Positions 1 through 9,212 of a stretch of 26,800 bases of DNA are shown here, one piece after another; positions within the stretch are counted from its first letter, which is position 1; each line of letters begins with the position of its first letter. The position numbers and the translations under genes are program-made. Where the stretch lies: IMG/VR virus record IMGVR_UViG_3300030095_002559, positions 1 to 26,800 of that record, one strand, 5' to 3'. The stretch comes from a virus (lineage: Duplodnaviria > Caudoviricetes). Under the pieces are notes generated by a model that was not told the origin of the DNA, ran no database searches, and saw nothing but the letters and a program-made list of their open reading frames with translations.

Positions 1-1005
1 TCTTTCTCCGTCTACATTGAGATAGTAGTAAGGGTCCTCCAAGTCTATTACCTGGAGGTCGGTTAGCCCAGGAAATAGTATCTCTTGACCAATACCATAT
101 TTTCTAGTCCGACATAATGTTTTATCACACATACTACACATTGGTTCATCTTTACATTTATAACCCCATTCTTTTTTATCATGTTGTGTAACAACTATCT
201 GTACCTCTGAGTCTGACAATGGTCTTTCCATTGCGGTTGCATTAAATAAAATTAATTTTGATTTCCATTCACCTGGCCACTTTTGTTTTGCATACACGCC
301 ATAATGAAACAGTGCATTATTTCTACCACCTTCACCTATTTTATTCATAGCCAGTGTTTCAATACACGGCGGTCCATCGTTATAATCTGATTTAGGTCTT
401 TCTACTTTTATACTATCGACATCTTTTACTTTTATATTTTCATACAGCTCAAAAAAACTTTCTAGTGTAGCAGCTTGACCTGTTCCATGGAAGGCATACC
501 TTGTTGTATTTTTATAATTAAAGTATGGTAAGTTTAAAAAATTTCCTGTATCATCTTTCGATTTCAATTCTGTTTGTTTTGGAAAAACTTCTGATCCGCC
601 ATATCCCAATACAGCCTTTATTTCCATCAGCTTATCTTGCATAGATCTTGCGGATACGTAATCTTCTGTAAATAAAAATACGTGAGCACCACCAGACTTA
701 GATCTAAATACTATTAGTGGTAAATTTAATTTATTAATTTTTTCTATTAATTGTTTGTGGTCAAACCCTGCATAAGAGTCTATATCTATACATCCCCACT
801 TACAATTATTGTCATCGTTAATAGGTATGACACCTAAACTATCTGTGCCATCTAAATGTTTTTGCCATAGATCATCTGTAACTGGTTCTCTTTTTATAAA
901 AGATACACCTTTTATCTTTTTACCATTACCGTTTGATTCACCTACTTTAGTGACACCGTGAGCACGGTCTAATCCTGTAAATATTTGTTTAAATTTTTCT
1001 ATCAT
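1..1005 (-). CDS. AEP-family primase (N-terminal part; ORF runs off the left edge; absent from ORF track)
   Basis: Manual translation from ATG 1005: MIEKFKQIFTGLDRAHG...WGCIDIDSY (AEP motif I DxD)...FRSKSGGAHVFLF (motif II SxxGxH)...GPPCIE...GEGGRNNALF...YKCKDEPMCSMCDKTLC. The frame matches at both ends of the interval. Confidence 0.85.
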   Translation of the reverse strand, partial: MIEKFKQIFTGLDRAHGVTKVGESNGNGKKIKGVSFIKREPVTDDLWQKHLDGTDSLGVIPINDDNNCKWGCIDIDSYAGFDHKQLIEKINKLNLPLIVFRSKSGGAHVFLFTEDYVSARSMQDKLMEIKAVLGYGGSEVFPKQTELKSKDDTGNFLNLPYFNYKNTTRYAFHGTGQAATLESFFELYENIKVKDVDSIKVERPKSDYNDGPPCIETLAMNKIGEGGRNNALFHYGVYAKQKWPGEWKSKLILFNATAMERPLSDSEVQIVVTQHDKKEWGYKCKDEPMCSMCDKTLCRTRKYGIGQEILFPGLTDLQVIDLEDPYYYLNVDGER

Positions 1006-1017
1006 AACAAATGCAAC

Positions 1018-1048
1018 GTGGGCAGCCTACTCTCGCGTGACTGCCCAC
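1018..1048 (-). promoter_or_regulatory. GC-rich intergenic hairpin between the SSB-like gene and the primase
   Basis: GTGGGCAG (1018-1025) and CTGCCCAC (1041-1048) form a perfect 8-bp inverted repeat in an AT-rich genome; there is no U-tract. Confidence 0.55.
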
Positions 1049-1062
1049 TACCTAGGATACGG

Positions 1063-1812
1063 TTAGTATGGTTGTTTGGAGTCTGCTTCTCCGTTACCAT
1101 GCTTCGCCTCAACTTCACCTTTACCTACGCTTACCGCAAAGTTTTTAGCCATGTCATAGATATTTTTATCTGTAACTGGTCCAACTTTACTTACGTCCCA
1201 TCCAAACCATGTACCTTTGTCGTTTGACATTTGTACAGTTTTTAGATTGTAAATGTGGCTGTATGTTGGCGGAGTAAAAAGTCCGTTCTTACCCTGCATT
1301 TTGATACCCATCATCATTGAGTTCCATTTTCTGCTCACTTTTAATTGTGTGCCTTTCATAGAAATCAAAGCTGTTTGTGGTGTAGTACCTACAGCTAACA
1401 CAAAGTGTTGTGCAGTGTTATCAAGATAATTACCGTTTGGTAATCTATCTTTGTAGTCTTTACCTCTTGTGGTTTGACTAATGATATCACTACTAGCTTC
1501 GTGAATTGCAACAGGTGCACCAGTGCTGGTACCTCTATCCTGCCACTCAATGTATTGTCTTTTATAATGACAAGGTACAATTTGTATCTCATCAAACAAC
1601 TCATTGGTAACAGTGTTTATGATCTTGCCGGGTTCTGCGCCCTCGACATATTTTGCATCTCTTTTGTTTACCTCTGGAGATAGCTGACCCAAAACTTTTA
1701 AGAAAGGTAACGCAAGATCTTCTTGCGAAATGTTTTGAGCCCCTTGGTTTGCATCTGCTTCAAACAAATTTGTTTGCAGTGCTCCTTCTTTTTTATTTGC
1801 TACTTGGTTCAT
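1063..1812 (-). CDS. Probable phage single-stranded DNA-binding protein
   Basis: 249 aa; DLALPFLKVLGQLSPEV...YVEGAEPG...KGTWFGW pattern of a conserved phage replication-module protein; directly upstream of the primase. Function inferred. Confidence 0.55.
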   Translation of the reverse strand: MNQVANKKEGALQTNLFEADANQGAQNISQEDLALPFLKVLGQLSPEVNKRDAKYVEGAEPGKIINTVTNELFDEIQIVPCHYKRQYIEWQDRGTSTGAPVAIHEASSDIISQTTRGKDYKDRLPNGNYLDNTAQHFVLAVGTTPQTALISMKGTQLKVSRKWNSMMMGIKMQGKNGLFTPPTYSHIYNLKTVQMSNDKGTWFGWDVSKVGPVTDKNIYDMAKNFAVSVGKGEVEAKHGNGEADSKQPY

Positions 1813-1814
1813 GT

Positions 1815-2366
1815 TTATTTGCTCCTTTTTATTGTAGTCTTATTCTCAGAGTATACTCCGAAAATTTCCGTTGGCATTTCTTTACCTGCCTCTATACGCT
1901 CACGGACTAACGCTTTCAGAGTCATGGGCTCAACCTTCATCTTTTGTGTCGGTTGAAACCCATTGCTCTTTGCAAGTTCGGCATAATCAGCCGCCTTGTT
2001 ATCTTCGTTACGACCAAACGATACGGATATCTCGTTTTTGATTATATCGCCTAGGCCATTTTCACGAAGCCAGTTGTACGCCGCTTCTTTATTCGCTTCA
2101 CTAATGTGAGCTTTGTACGACGTTGAAACTTTAAGATGTGACCCATCATGAAGTTTTAATTCTGCTAAACCCATCTCACTCATCATTGTAGGTATAACTT
2201 CTCCTGATATGTGTGCAATTTGTTTTTTCTTTTCTTTTACTGCACCCTCTAAAATTTCAAACTCCTGATGCATCGCCTCCAGTCTTTGAACTTGATCTGC
2301 AAGAGACTGAATATTGTCAGTCTTTTTCATTGCATCTTGTTGGTCTTTTTCAAAATTAATTGTCAT
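1815..2366 (-). CDS. Conserved phage replication-module protein (coiled-coil N-terminus)
   Basis: 183 aa; AYNWLRENGLGDIIKNE...VEPMTLKALVRERIEAG pattern; AAAGGAG SD upstream; tightly packed with neighbours. Confidence 0.7.
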   Translation of the reverse strand: MTINFEKDQQDAMKKTDNIQSLADQVQRLEAMHQEFEILEGAVKEKKKQIAHISGEVIPTMMSEMGLAELKLHDGSHLKVSTSYKAHISEANKEAAYNWLRENGLGDIIKNEISVSFGRNEDNKAADYAELAKSNGFQPTQKMKVEPMTLKALVRERIEAGKEMPTEIFGVYSENKTTIKRSK

Positions 2367-2724
2367 TCACTTCTCCTTTCTCGTATAAGTTTATTTCAAT
2401 AGGATAATATTTTCTTTCTTGTTTATCCCACTTTAACAATTTATATTTTCCATTAGTAATATCAGAAACAATAGAACACGCAACACCTATGATAGCAGGA
2501 TCACCTGTAAGTAGTAAATAATCTTCAGATGTATAACTTTTTAATCCTTGTCTCAACTTATACACGAGTGGACCAGGTGAAAAAATAATCTGAGAAAATT
2601 CTGGTAATAAAAAAATAAACTTACTTGATGAAGAATAACGAGACGCCCCCATAATATTTATTTTAGGGTTACCTGCTTTAGTACCAGCTATCTCTTGTAT
2701 TACAAAAACTCTACTTTCTGACAT
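2356..2724 (-). CDS. Conserved hypothetical phage protein (probable start MSESRVFVIQ at 2724)
   Basis: DYLLLTGDPAIIG and LLKWDKQERKYYP motifs; the track start at 2742 lies inside the divergent promoter region. Confidence 0.7.
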   Translation of the reverse strand: MSESRVFVIQEIAGTKAGNPKINIMGASRYSSSSKFIFLLPEFSQIIFSPGPLVYKLRQGLKSYTSEDYLLLTGDPAIIGVACSIVSDITNGKYKLLKWDKQERKYYPIEINLYEKGEVNDN

Positions 2725-2760
2725 TGACAAATCATATAACATGCTTTATATAAATGTCAA
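2724..2760. promoter_or_regulatory. Overlapping divergent sigma70-type promoters
   Basis: Plus strand: TTGACA 2724-2729, 17 nt, TATATA 2747-2752. Minus strand: TTGACA 2760-2755, 18 nt, TATGAT 2736-2731. Two perfect -35 boxes between divergent genes. Confidence 0.7.
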
Positions 2761-2767
2761 TAGAAAG

Positions 2768-4198
2768 ATGAATTATAAATTTAGAACAAAGCCATACAAG
2801 CATCAGTTGACTGCTTTAGAAAAGTCGTGGAACAAAGAAACCTACGCATACTTTATGGAGATGGGTACAGGTAAAACAAAAGTGTTGATAGATAACATGT
2901 CCATGCTTTATGACAAAGGCAAAATAGATGGTGCATTAATAGTAGCTCCCAAAGGTGTAATAAAAACCTGGTATGAGCAAGAGATACCTACACACTTACC
3001 AAAGCACATACAAAATGTGTCAGTATTGTGGCAATCTAATATTAATAAAACACAACAAGAAAAACTAGAAACTTTGTTTGAAACAGGCATAGATTTACAT
3101 ATTCTAATTATGAACGTGGAGGCTTTGTCTACAGACAAAGGTGTTAAGTTTGCAACTAAATTTTTAAACTCACACAAAGTATTGATGGCAATAGATGAAT
3201 CTACAACTATCAAAACACCAACAGCTAAACGTACAAAAAATATTATAAATCTTGGTAAGTACTCTAAATACAGAAGGATAATGACAGGATCTCCGGTTAC
3301 AAAGAATCCACTAGACTTGTATACACAGTGTGAATTTTTAGACCCATACTTACTAGATTTTGCATCATATTATGCTTTTAGAAATAGATATGCTGTAATG
3401 AAAACTATGCACGTTAGAGGTAGATCAATACAAGTTGTTCACAAATTTCAAAACCTAGGTGAGCTTTCAGAAACATTACAAAACTTTTCTTACAGAGTTT
3501 TAAAAGAAGATTGTTTAGACTTACCTCCAAAGAACTGGACTAAGCGTTATATTACTTTAAGTAAGGAACAAGAGAAGATTTACAAACAAATGAAAGAGCA
3601 CGCTCTTGCTACGTTAAATGGCAAAGTTACTTCTACTATGACTGTAATTACACAGCTGATGAGGTTACAACAAATAACTTGTGGCCACTTCGTTGCAGAT
3701 GATGGCACCACACAAGAAATAAAAAATAATAGAATTACGGAGCTAATGGATGTGTTGGATGAGATAGAAGGCAAAGCAATCATATGGGGACACTGGCAAA
3801 AAGATATACAGAATATGGTTAGTGAAATAGAAAAGGTCCATGGTCCGGGGTCAGTGGTTGACTATTATGGGTTAACGCCACAAGATGAAAGACAAGATAA
3901 TATACGTAGATTTCAGTCCGACCCTAAGTGCCGATTCATGGTAGGAACGCCGTCTACGGGCGGCTATGGGATAACTTTAACGGCTGCAAATACCGTAATT
4001 TACTATTCTAACGGATATGACCTAGAGAAGCGTTTACAGTCAGAGGACAGAGCGCATCGTATTGGACAAAAGAAAAACGTAACTTATATAGATATTATTG
4101 CAGAAAAAACTGTAGATGAAAAAATACAAAAATCACTTCGTAAAAAAATTAATATTGCATCTGAAGTATTGGGTGAAGAGTTACGAGCTTGGATTTAA
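2768..4198 (+). CDS. SNF2-family (SF2) helicase/ATPase
   Basis: Walker A MEMGTGKT, motif II IDEST, motif III TGSP, motif V GYGITLTAA, motif VI QSEDRAHRIGQ; likely start MNYKF at 2768, downstream of the promoter. Confidence 0.92.
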   Translation: MNYKFRTKPYKHQLTALEKSWNKETYAYFMEMGTGKTKVLIDNMSMLYDKGKIDGALIVAPKGVIKTWYEQEIPTHLPKHIQNVSVLWQSNINKTQQEKLETLFETGIDLHILIMNVEALSTDKGVKFATKFLNSHKVLMAIDESTTIKTPTAKRTKNIINLGKYSKYRRIMTGSPVTKNPLDLYTQCEFLDPYLLDFASYYAFRNRYAVMKTMHVRGRSIQVVHKFQNLGELSETLQNFSYRVLKEDCLDLPPKNWTKRYITLSKEQEKIYKQMKEHALATLNGKVTSTMTVITQLMRLQQITCGHFVADDGTTQEIKNNRITELMDVLDEIEGKAIIWGHWQKDIQNMVSEIEKVHGPGSVVDYYGLTPQDERQDNIRRFQSDPKCRFMVGTPSTGGYGITLTAANTVIYYSNGYDLEKRLQSEDRAHRIGQKKNVTYIDIIAEKTVDEKIQKSLRKKINIASEVLGEELRAWI

Positions 4199-4671
4199 TC
4201 TAAGTCTACAGCGTTACCAATAACAGGTTTGTATTTAGTTTTACCGTCTTCTCTAAAAGCTCTTAATAATTGTTTTCTTGGTTTATCAGATACATAGCTG
4301 CAGTGGATCCACCCCGAGTTTGGTTCACCGGGAGTGTAAAATTCTAATATCATTTGATCATACGGAAGGTTTGCCTTGATCCAATCAAAGACTTCAGCGT
4401 TGCTTGTGCCCAAGCATTCGAAGTCCGCCGCCTCCGCACGGGTATGTTGCGAATTTAAACTGCTGCCAATTTTTACACATAACTCAGGACTACGAAAGCA
4501 GCTAGTCACCGTTACTCTGCCGAAGTGGTCACGTACCGGTTGTAAAATATTCTCACAAAGTAATTTTAATTTTTCTATTTGATCTGCATTAGGATTATTG
4601 TCTATGCCCAGCCTGATAGCTGTGTCTGATTTAATAAGCTCTGATAAGCTAAAGTTTCGTGATAGTTTCAT
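4195..4671 (-). CDS. Peptidase M15-family Zn endolysin
   Basis: MKLSRNFSLSEL N-terminus, SCFRSPEL, SQHxxxxAAD and WIHCS zinc-ligand motifs; last gene of the late region. Confidence 0.88.
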   Translation of the reverse strand: MKLSRNFSLSELIKSDTAIRLGIDNNPNADQIEKLKLLCENILQPVRDHFGRVTVTSCFRSPELCVKIGSSLNSQHTRAEAADFECLGTSNAEVFDWIKANLPYDQMILEFYTPGEPNSGWIHCSYVSDKPRKQLLRAFREDGKTKYKPVIGNAVDLD

Positions 4672-4673
4672 TA

Positions 4674-4847
4674 TTATATGGCGTTCATGAGTAAGGCCAG
4701 TATTATGGCTCCGCCTCCACCCATGATCATCTTCTCCATCCTTGACACACGTTCTTTTATTTCTTTGATTTGTTCAAAGGTTTGTTTTTGCATAATTCTG
4801 CAAAGTTTCTCGTGCGCTTCTATTTTTTGTAATGCTGATTTTTTCAT
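4674..4847 (-). CDS. Small coiled-coil plus C-terminal hydrophobic protein, holin-like candidate (57 aa, not in track)
   Basis: MKKSALQKIEAHEKLCRIMQKQTFEQIKEIKERVSRMEKMIMGGGGAIILALLMNAI; fills the gap, TAATG-coupled to the upstream gene, directly upstream of the endolysin. Confidence 0.65.
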   Translation of the reverse strand: MKKSALQKIEAHEKLCRIMQKQTFEQIKEIKERVSRMEKMIMGGGGAIILALLMNAI

Positions 4848-7800
4848 TATGTTCTTTTCGCAATTGCCCTATCTAAAGTATCAGATAGTACTGCATCCTC
4901 TGTTTGTGTCAAGTTGGTAATTGGGCTTTTTTGTGGCACATTTGCTACTATATTTGGACTAGGTGTTGCAGGTAACGGTGGTGTTTGTATTTTTGCCTCT
5001 GGTTCATCAACTAAATTTTTAATAGTTCTTGTTGTTTTTCTTAAAACTTTTTTAACAAAACCTTCGTCTCTTACGGGGTCACCATTTTCATCTAATAATA
5101 TATTACCTTTTTTATCTGTTTCATAACTAAACTCCTCTGGATTATATTCGTTACCTTTTGTAAAAAATTCTTTGTCTTCGTACTCATCAATGATGTCATC
5201 TAATTCACTCTCTGGAAAAACAAAATCTTCATTTAATCTGTATTTAAATTTATTGTTTGTAAACTCTTCTATCTCTGTTTCTAAAGTATTTATCTTTGTT
5301 TCAAATCTTTTTTTAGAGTAGTTGACCGGAGTAAATTCACCATTAATTAAATTTTTAACTATTTTTTTACTTGTACCAGATTTAATCATGATTTCTTCAA
5401 TGGTATCTTCATCTACATCTAATAGTTTTAAATTTTGTATTCTAATAAACATATCTTTCTGTATTCTAAACGCCTCGTCTTGCATTTTTGTAAATGTTCT
5501 AACCATGTCAGATGGTGTATTTTCTTGATAATTATTTACGTTATAAAAATTTTCGTTTTCATCTGTTGCTCTTAATTTTCTATTCATGTCTGATGTAAAA
5601 AACCTTAAATCTTTTTTAACATCAATTCTAATAATTCTAGTACCAGCAAACAATGCAAGTAATTCATCTTTTAAATTTAAAGGTTTACCACCAGCTGTAA
5701 GATCTTTTGATACAGCTCCTGCAACTTTATCAACGTTTACAAAAACACCTGGCTTAACTCCATCCAATACGTATGCAAAAGATTTTGCCATTTTATCTCC
5801 TAAACTATCAGATGCAGAATAAACTGTACCACCTTGTGACTTTCTTCCTTTTCTAGTTGTAACATCTAAAACTCTATCGTACCCAATTGGTTCTGTAATA
5901 AATGGACTTAACAAAGTCATAACAGGTCCATCAGATGCAAACATTAATTCTAAAACATAATCTTCGGTTTCTTGTGGGTTTAATTTTTGTGCTTTTGCTT
6001 TTGCAAGTGCAGAAGCAAATGGTGCATACAAACTATCGTATGGTGAAAAGTATGAATAATTTATAGCTGCAGACTCACCATTTTCCCATCCTTTAATAGG
6101 CAATAAACTAGAGTTTTTATCCCAAGGTGCAGCAGCAGACATTTTGTAAGCATCCCATTGTGCACTAGTGCTATTAGTTAAAAACTGTGCTGTTTGTACA
6201 AGACCCGTTCCTCCAGCATATAAAGTCATAAAACCACCTAATAATCTTCTAAGTCCCATCTGTCTTACGGCGGCGTTTGAACTAGATGCTTGTTTTAAAG
6301 CAAAGTTCATAATGTTTGCTCCTGTTCTTAATATCTCTGCTGGAAAAGATACAAAGGCACCTAGTGGTAATTTTCTTAAATTTTGTATTGCAGGTGGCAC
6401 TTTAGAATAAGTTGGATAGGTGTTTCTAATAGAGTATGCAGCTACCTCATCTAATGCATCATCAAAAGTTTTTACATTGCCTGTTATAGGGTTTATGTCA
6501 TCAAAAGATCTTCCCATTTCTTTAAAATATAATCTAATATCATCTAAGTTTCTTAGCCCCTGACTTAATATTGATCTTTCAAATTCAAAACCATAAAATT
6601 TCCACAAGTTGTCTCCTCCTGCATATACTCTTGCAACTTTATCAGTAGGAGTCATTTTAATTAATTTGCTAAAAAGTTGATCAGATGTTCTAATTGATTG
6701 ATTTTTTACCTGATCCATAATTGCTTTTAATTCAGCAGCTACAACGTTTTCATCCCACACTCCTAAACGAACTAGTCTTTCTACATAATTATTAAATGCT
6801 ACTTCATCTATATTTTTCTGACCTGCTTTAAATATATCATCTAATACTATTTTAATTGCATTTGTAACACTTGCGTTGCCACCAATGTGTCCGTTCATAA
6901 GTGCAAAGAAAGCAGCTGATGTTACGTTTCTTACTTGTGTTTGTGGAGAGTACAAAGTTTTACCAATTTGCACACCAACCTTACCTTGCATAATTTCTCT
7001 GTATATTGGTATGTTGATTAAGTCATCTAATAGACCACCTACACCTTGAAACATTTGTACGTACTCTGGATCTGCGTACAACTCCATTAAATCAGACTTC
7101 ATATGTCTACCAAGTCTAGGTAATTTTTCTATCTTTTGAGCATTTAAAATACCAGCATTAATTGCTTCCTCACGACTGTTGAACAGCCATTTATTTTTTA
7201 AACCTGATTGAGCTATGTAATCTGCAGCTCTCTTGTTTGCCATTGCAGAAACCATTTCTGCTGTGGTTGTTCCCACAACTGCTTTTAAATTTTTTTCAGG
7301 TCCTAATAAATTTTTAACAACAGTAGGTAATTCCTCTCCTGTTTTTAACATATTGTAATCTTTAAACCTTAATAATTTTGCTATTTCTTTTAATTGTGAT
7401 AGTGGATTTTTACCTTCAGCTCTACCTAATCTTAATATCGATTCTACCATCATTTTTGCAGATTCGTTATAAGCTCTTTCTTTATTTAATTTTGGAAAAT
7501 CTTTTACAGAAATTAGTCTTAAATCTTTATTTTTTTTAATAATATTTGTTGATACCCAATCAACAGCATTATTATAAATTTTTTGATCTGGTGCATAATT
7601 AGGATTTGAAAACGTTGAAAAAGATTTAATTAAATAACTATTAATTCTACTAGCTTCTATATTAGCTAATTGTTTTGTAAGTTTATCTGCATTTTTATCT
7701 TTAGGTAAAGATTTTTGAAACTCTCTCATTACATTTGCAATTTCTTTTTTTAAATCTGCAGCCAATGGTTGTAATTCTTTTGGTAAATCATTTCTTTTAA

Positions 7801-9208
7801 TTTGATCTCTTAAAAATTGTTCTACTTGGTCAAGATAATGTTTTTGTAAAGCAGGAGAACTTGTTAAACTATTGTGTTGATTTTCAAAACCTTTTGCTAA
7901 ATTGTATGCTTTTTTCTCTAAACCTTCCATAGTTCTATCTAATTTTCTTGCTCTACCTTTTATATATAACATCACATTTTCGGATACACCTTCAATATCT
8001 TTTGGTGCTTTACCAAAAGACCTAAAGTAAGATAATATGTTATCTAGTTTTTTAATTACTCTAAGTTCTCTATTAGGATTTGTTACAGAATATAATCTCC
8101 AGTCTTCAAACTTTGGTAATTGTTTTACAATTTTACCAGAAAAAGCAGATACAATCGTAGGAGCTACTGCCTTTGTTAACACAAAATCTGTGGCATTTCT
8201 TATTCCTTTAGCAGTTTTTGTTACAACTGGTTTAACAGCTTCTCTTGATCCAAGATACGTAATGGGTCTAAATACAGCATTGTTTATACCTTTAGCGCCT
8301 AGTGATGCAGACGTTCTTACAAAAGGTGCAAGACCATATTTATAACCTTGTTGTAATCCTTTTCCTACAATTGGAAAACCAGCTCCTATTAATGTCCCTT
8401 CTGCACCATATTTAATTTTGTTTCTAAATTCTGCTGCAGCTCTTTTTCTTCCTGTTAAACCCTCCGTTGCCTCTGGTTCAAAAAATAAAGATTGTCTTCC
8501 AGGTTCAGATACTAAAAAATCTGTTGCACCAACAACTGTCATACCTTCTATAGATCTTGATGCAATCTTACTAATTTTTCTTTGCCTTGCAGTCTTACCC
8601 ATTTTTTCAACAACGTTTTTAACTTGTCGAAAAGTTTTAGTTCTATTTAAAGATTTTTGAATAATACCTCCTGGTATTCCAAATTGTGTCATTAAAGCAA
8701 CAAGGTCACCTCTCCAAGTTTCTGGTCTATCTGGTTGTTTTTTAGGATCTTTCATCATTTCATCAAATGATTCTAAAAAACTAGTATTGAAGGTGTAATC
8801 TAATCCTGTAAATAAAGCGCTCTTAAGAGCTGTATAAGTGTCAAATAACCCTGTATCCACACCTTTTCTAATTTCATCATAACCAGATATATAATCTTTT
8901 TCTCCCTCTATTCTTTCTAGTTTTTTAATTATGTCTTCGCCTTCTGTTAACGAGGCAGCTGTTCTTAGTTTTGGAGTTAAAAATAAACCAAGTCTTAATA
9001 AACTAGTATCTTTAGCGTCTTTGCCTTTGAAAGACTCTATTACAGGTCTAATATATTTTACAGGTTTTTTAGGTTCTCCAATACTTTCTAATGCAGATAA
9101 AAATGTTTGTTGAAACTCGTCAAGATTTCTTATATTTCCAGGTTCAGTCTCAGGTTTCTTATAAGGTCTCTTTCGTTGCCTTTCTATAGCAGTTTCATCT
9201 CTAGCCAT
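4847..9208 (-). CDS. Large internal virion/ejection protein (1453 aa)
   Basis: Very long, helical-looking ORF at the end of a podovirus structural region; no catalytic motif recognised. Role inferred from size and position. Confidence 0.6.
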   Translation of the reverse strand: MARDETAIERQRKRPYKKPETEPGNIRNLDEFQQTFLSALESIGEPKKPVKYIRPVIESFKGKDAKDTSLLRLGLFLTPKLRTAASLTEGEDIIKKLERIEGEKDYISGYDEIRKGVDTGLFDTYTALKSALFTGLDYTFNTSFLESFDEMMKDPKKQPDRPETWRGDLVALMTQFGIPGGIIQKSLNRTKTFRQVKNVVEKMGKTARQRKISKIASRSIEGMTVVGATDFLVSEPGRQSLFFEPEATEGLTGRKRAAAEFRNKIKYGAEGTLIGAGFPIVGKGLQQGYKYGLAPFVRTSASLGAKGINNAVFRPITYLGSREAVKPVVTKTAKGIRNATDFVLTKAVAPTIVSAFSGKIVKQLPKFEDWRLYSVTNPNRELRVIKKLDNILSYFRSFGKAPKDIEGVSENVMLYIKGRARKLDRTMEGLEKKAYNLAKGFENQHNSLTSSPALQKHYLDQVEQFLRDQIKRNDLPKELQPLAADLKKEIANVMREFQKSLPKDKNADKLTKQLANIEASRINSYLIKSFSTFSNPNYAPDQKIYNNAVDWVSTNIIKKNKDLRLISVKDFPKLNKERAYNESAKMMVESILRLGRAEGKNPLSQLKEIAKLLRFKDYNMLKTGEELPTVVKNLLGPEKNLKAVVGTTTAEMVSAMANKRAADYIAQSGLKNKWLFNSREEAINAGILNAQKIEKLPRLGRHMKSDLMELYADPEYVQMFQGVGGLLDDLINIPIYREIMQGKVGVQIGKTLYSPQTQVRNVTSAAFFALMNGHIGGNASVTNAIKIVLDDIFKAGQKNIDEVAFNNYVERLVRLGVWDENVVAAELKAIMDQVKNQSIRTSDQLFSKLIKMTPTDKVARVYAGGDNLWKFYGFEFERSILSQGLRNLDDIRLYFKEMGRSFDDINPITGNVKTFDDALDEVAAYSIRNTYPTYSKVPPAIQNLRKLPLGAFVSFPAEILRTGANIMNFALKQASSSNAAVRQMGLRRLLGGFMTLYAGGTGLVQTAQFLTNSTSAQWDAYKMSAAAPWDKNSSLLPIKGWENGESAAINYSYFSPYDSLYAPFASALAKAKAQKLNPQETEDYVLELMFASDGPVMTLLSPFITEPIGYDRVLDVTTRKGRKSQGGTVYSASDSLGDKMAKSFAYVLDGVKPGVFVNVDKVAGAVSKDLTAGGKPLNLKDELLALFAGTRIIRIDVKKDLRFFTSDMNRKLRATDENENFYNVNNYQENTPSDMVRTFTKMQDEAFRIQKDMFIRIQNLKLLDVDEDTIEEIMIKSGTSKKIVKNLINGEFTPVNYSKKRFETKINTLETEIEEFTNNKFKYRLNEDFVFPESELDDIIDEYEDKEFFTKGNEYNPEEFSYETDKKGNILLDENGDPVRDEGFVKKVLRKTTRTIKNLVDEPEAKIQTPPLPATPSPNIVANVPQKSPITNLTQTEDAVLSDTLDRAIAKRT

Positions 9209-9212
9209 GTTA

